NCBI RefSeq assembly: GCF_006345805.1
Contig: NW_021832513.1
Coordinates: forward strand, 1-32,448
DNA from: Octopus sinensis
Taxonomy: Eukaryota
Direction: 5' to 3'
DNA length: 32,448 nt
Within the stretch, counting starts at the first letter, position 1; every line of letters begins with the position of its first letter. The notes under the pieces are model-generated. The model was not told the DNA's origin, ran no database searches, and worked only from the letters and a program-made list of their open reading frames with translations. A program made the position numbers and the translations under genes. This document shows positions 31,822 to 32,448 of the stretch, piece after piece.

Positions 31822-32213
31822 CTAGCAGTATCGCCTGGCGTTGCTCGGGTTTGTTTCGACCCTTTAGAATTGGAATTTTTGAAAAGTAAAACTTTTGCAT
31901 TACGTAGCTTGTTATTCTCTTTAAGTGAACATTTTTCTGGTTGAAATACACCGAAAAATGGTGACACAGCAGTCAAAAAATCGTAAAAAATAGGGATTTT
32001 CATAGAAAAAAAAGCACCTTTTTGATGTAAATAATTTTTGGTGTTAACATGGTCCGATTTGAATTTTTTTCTTCTACGGAAGTAAGAGCAAGCCTTCTTC
32101 TATCATACTCTCAATTTTGGTCAACTTGCGCCGCAGGGTCTCTGAGGAGATAGTGCTTGTTGAAGGCTACCAAACCTGCCACACACAGTCAACCTCAGCT
32201 TTATATATATATA
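31822..32213 (-). mobile_element. Non-autonomous Helitron family H1, near complete
   Basis: 3' hairpin + CTAG at 31822. The 5' end reads tatatataaagctga, similar to Lep1-type Helitron architecture; the terminal TC is mutated. Confidence 0.82.
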
Positions 32214-32448
32214 AATTGACATTTTATCGAATCCTGGAAAGATGGAAGACAAATTTTATTTTCGGTGAAAGTTGAACTCTGTACGTAATAAAAAAAATAT
32301 AATAATAATAAGCAAAGACACAAGCATTTTGATCGACGCACGTTTTTCTGCCAGGTAAAACAAGTGAGAAGGTAAAAATATAAAAAAAATAATGTATACA
32401 ATAATATTGTATACAGTGCTCAGGTGTATAATACAACTGGTCGGGAAA

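Overview
Eukaryotic, AT-rich, repeat-saturated non-coding DNA. The SINE, Penelope and microsatellite content strongly resembles octopus (coleoid cephalopod) DNA; this is inferred from recalled repeat sequences, not from a search. No intact host protein-coding gene, rRNA or tRNA gene is supported, and nearly all listed ORFs are microsatellite translations. The window holds four tRNA-derived SINE families (called A-D here), fragments of three LINE clades (R4/Dong, HERO-like, CR1-like), mariner and maT remnants, hAT-type MITEs and non-autonomous Helitrons. The best signal is six minimal type-I hammerhead ribozyme motifs from four different Penelope-like pseudo-LTR sequence types. One canonical pair sits in a 436-bp near-perfect palindrome, and another pair carries a compensatory U3-A8 core. 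Also notable are an ~815-bp foldback element with octamer+CCAAT motifs in both arms inserted into a SINE, a possible composite Helitron, and a 1.76-kb tandem duplication that looks like an assembly artefact. Boundaries were read by eye and are approximate unless termini or TSDs are quoted.
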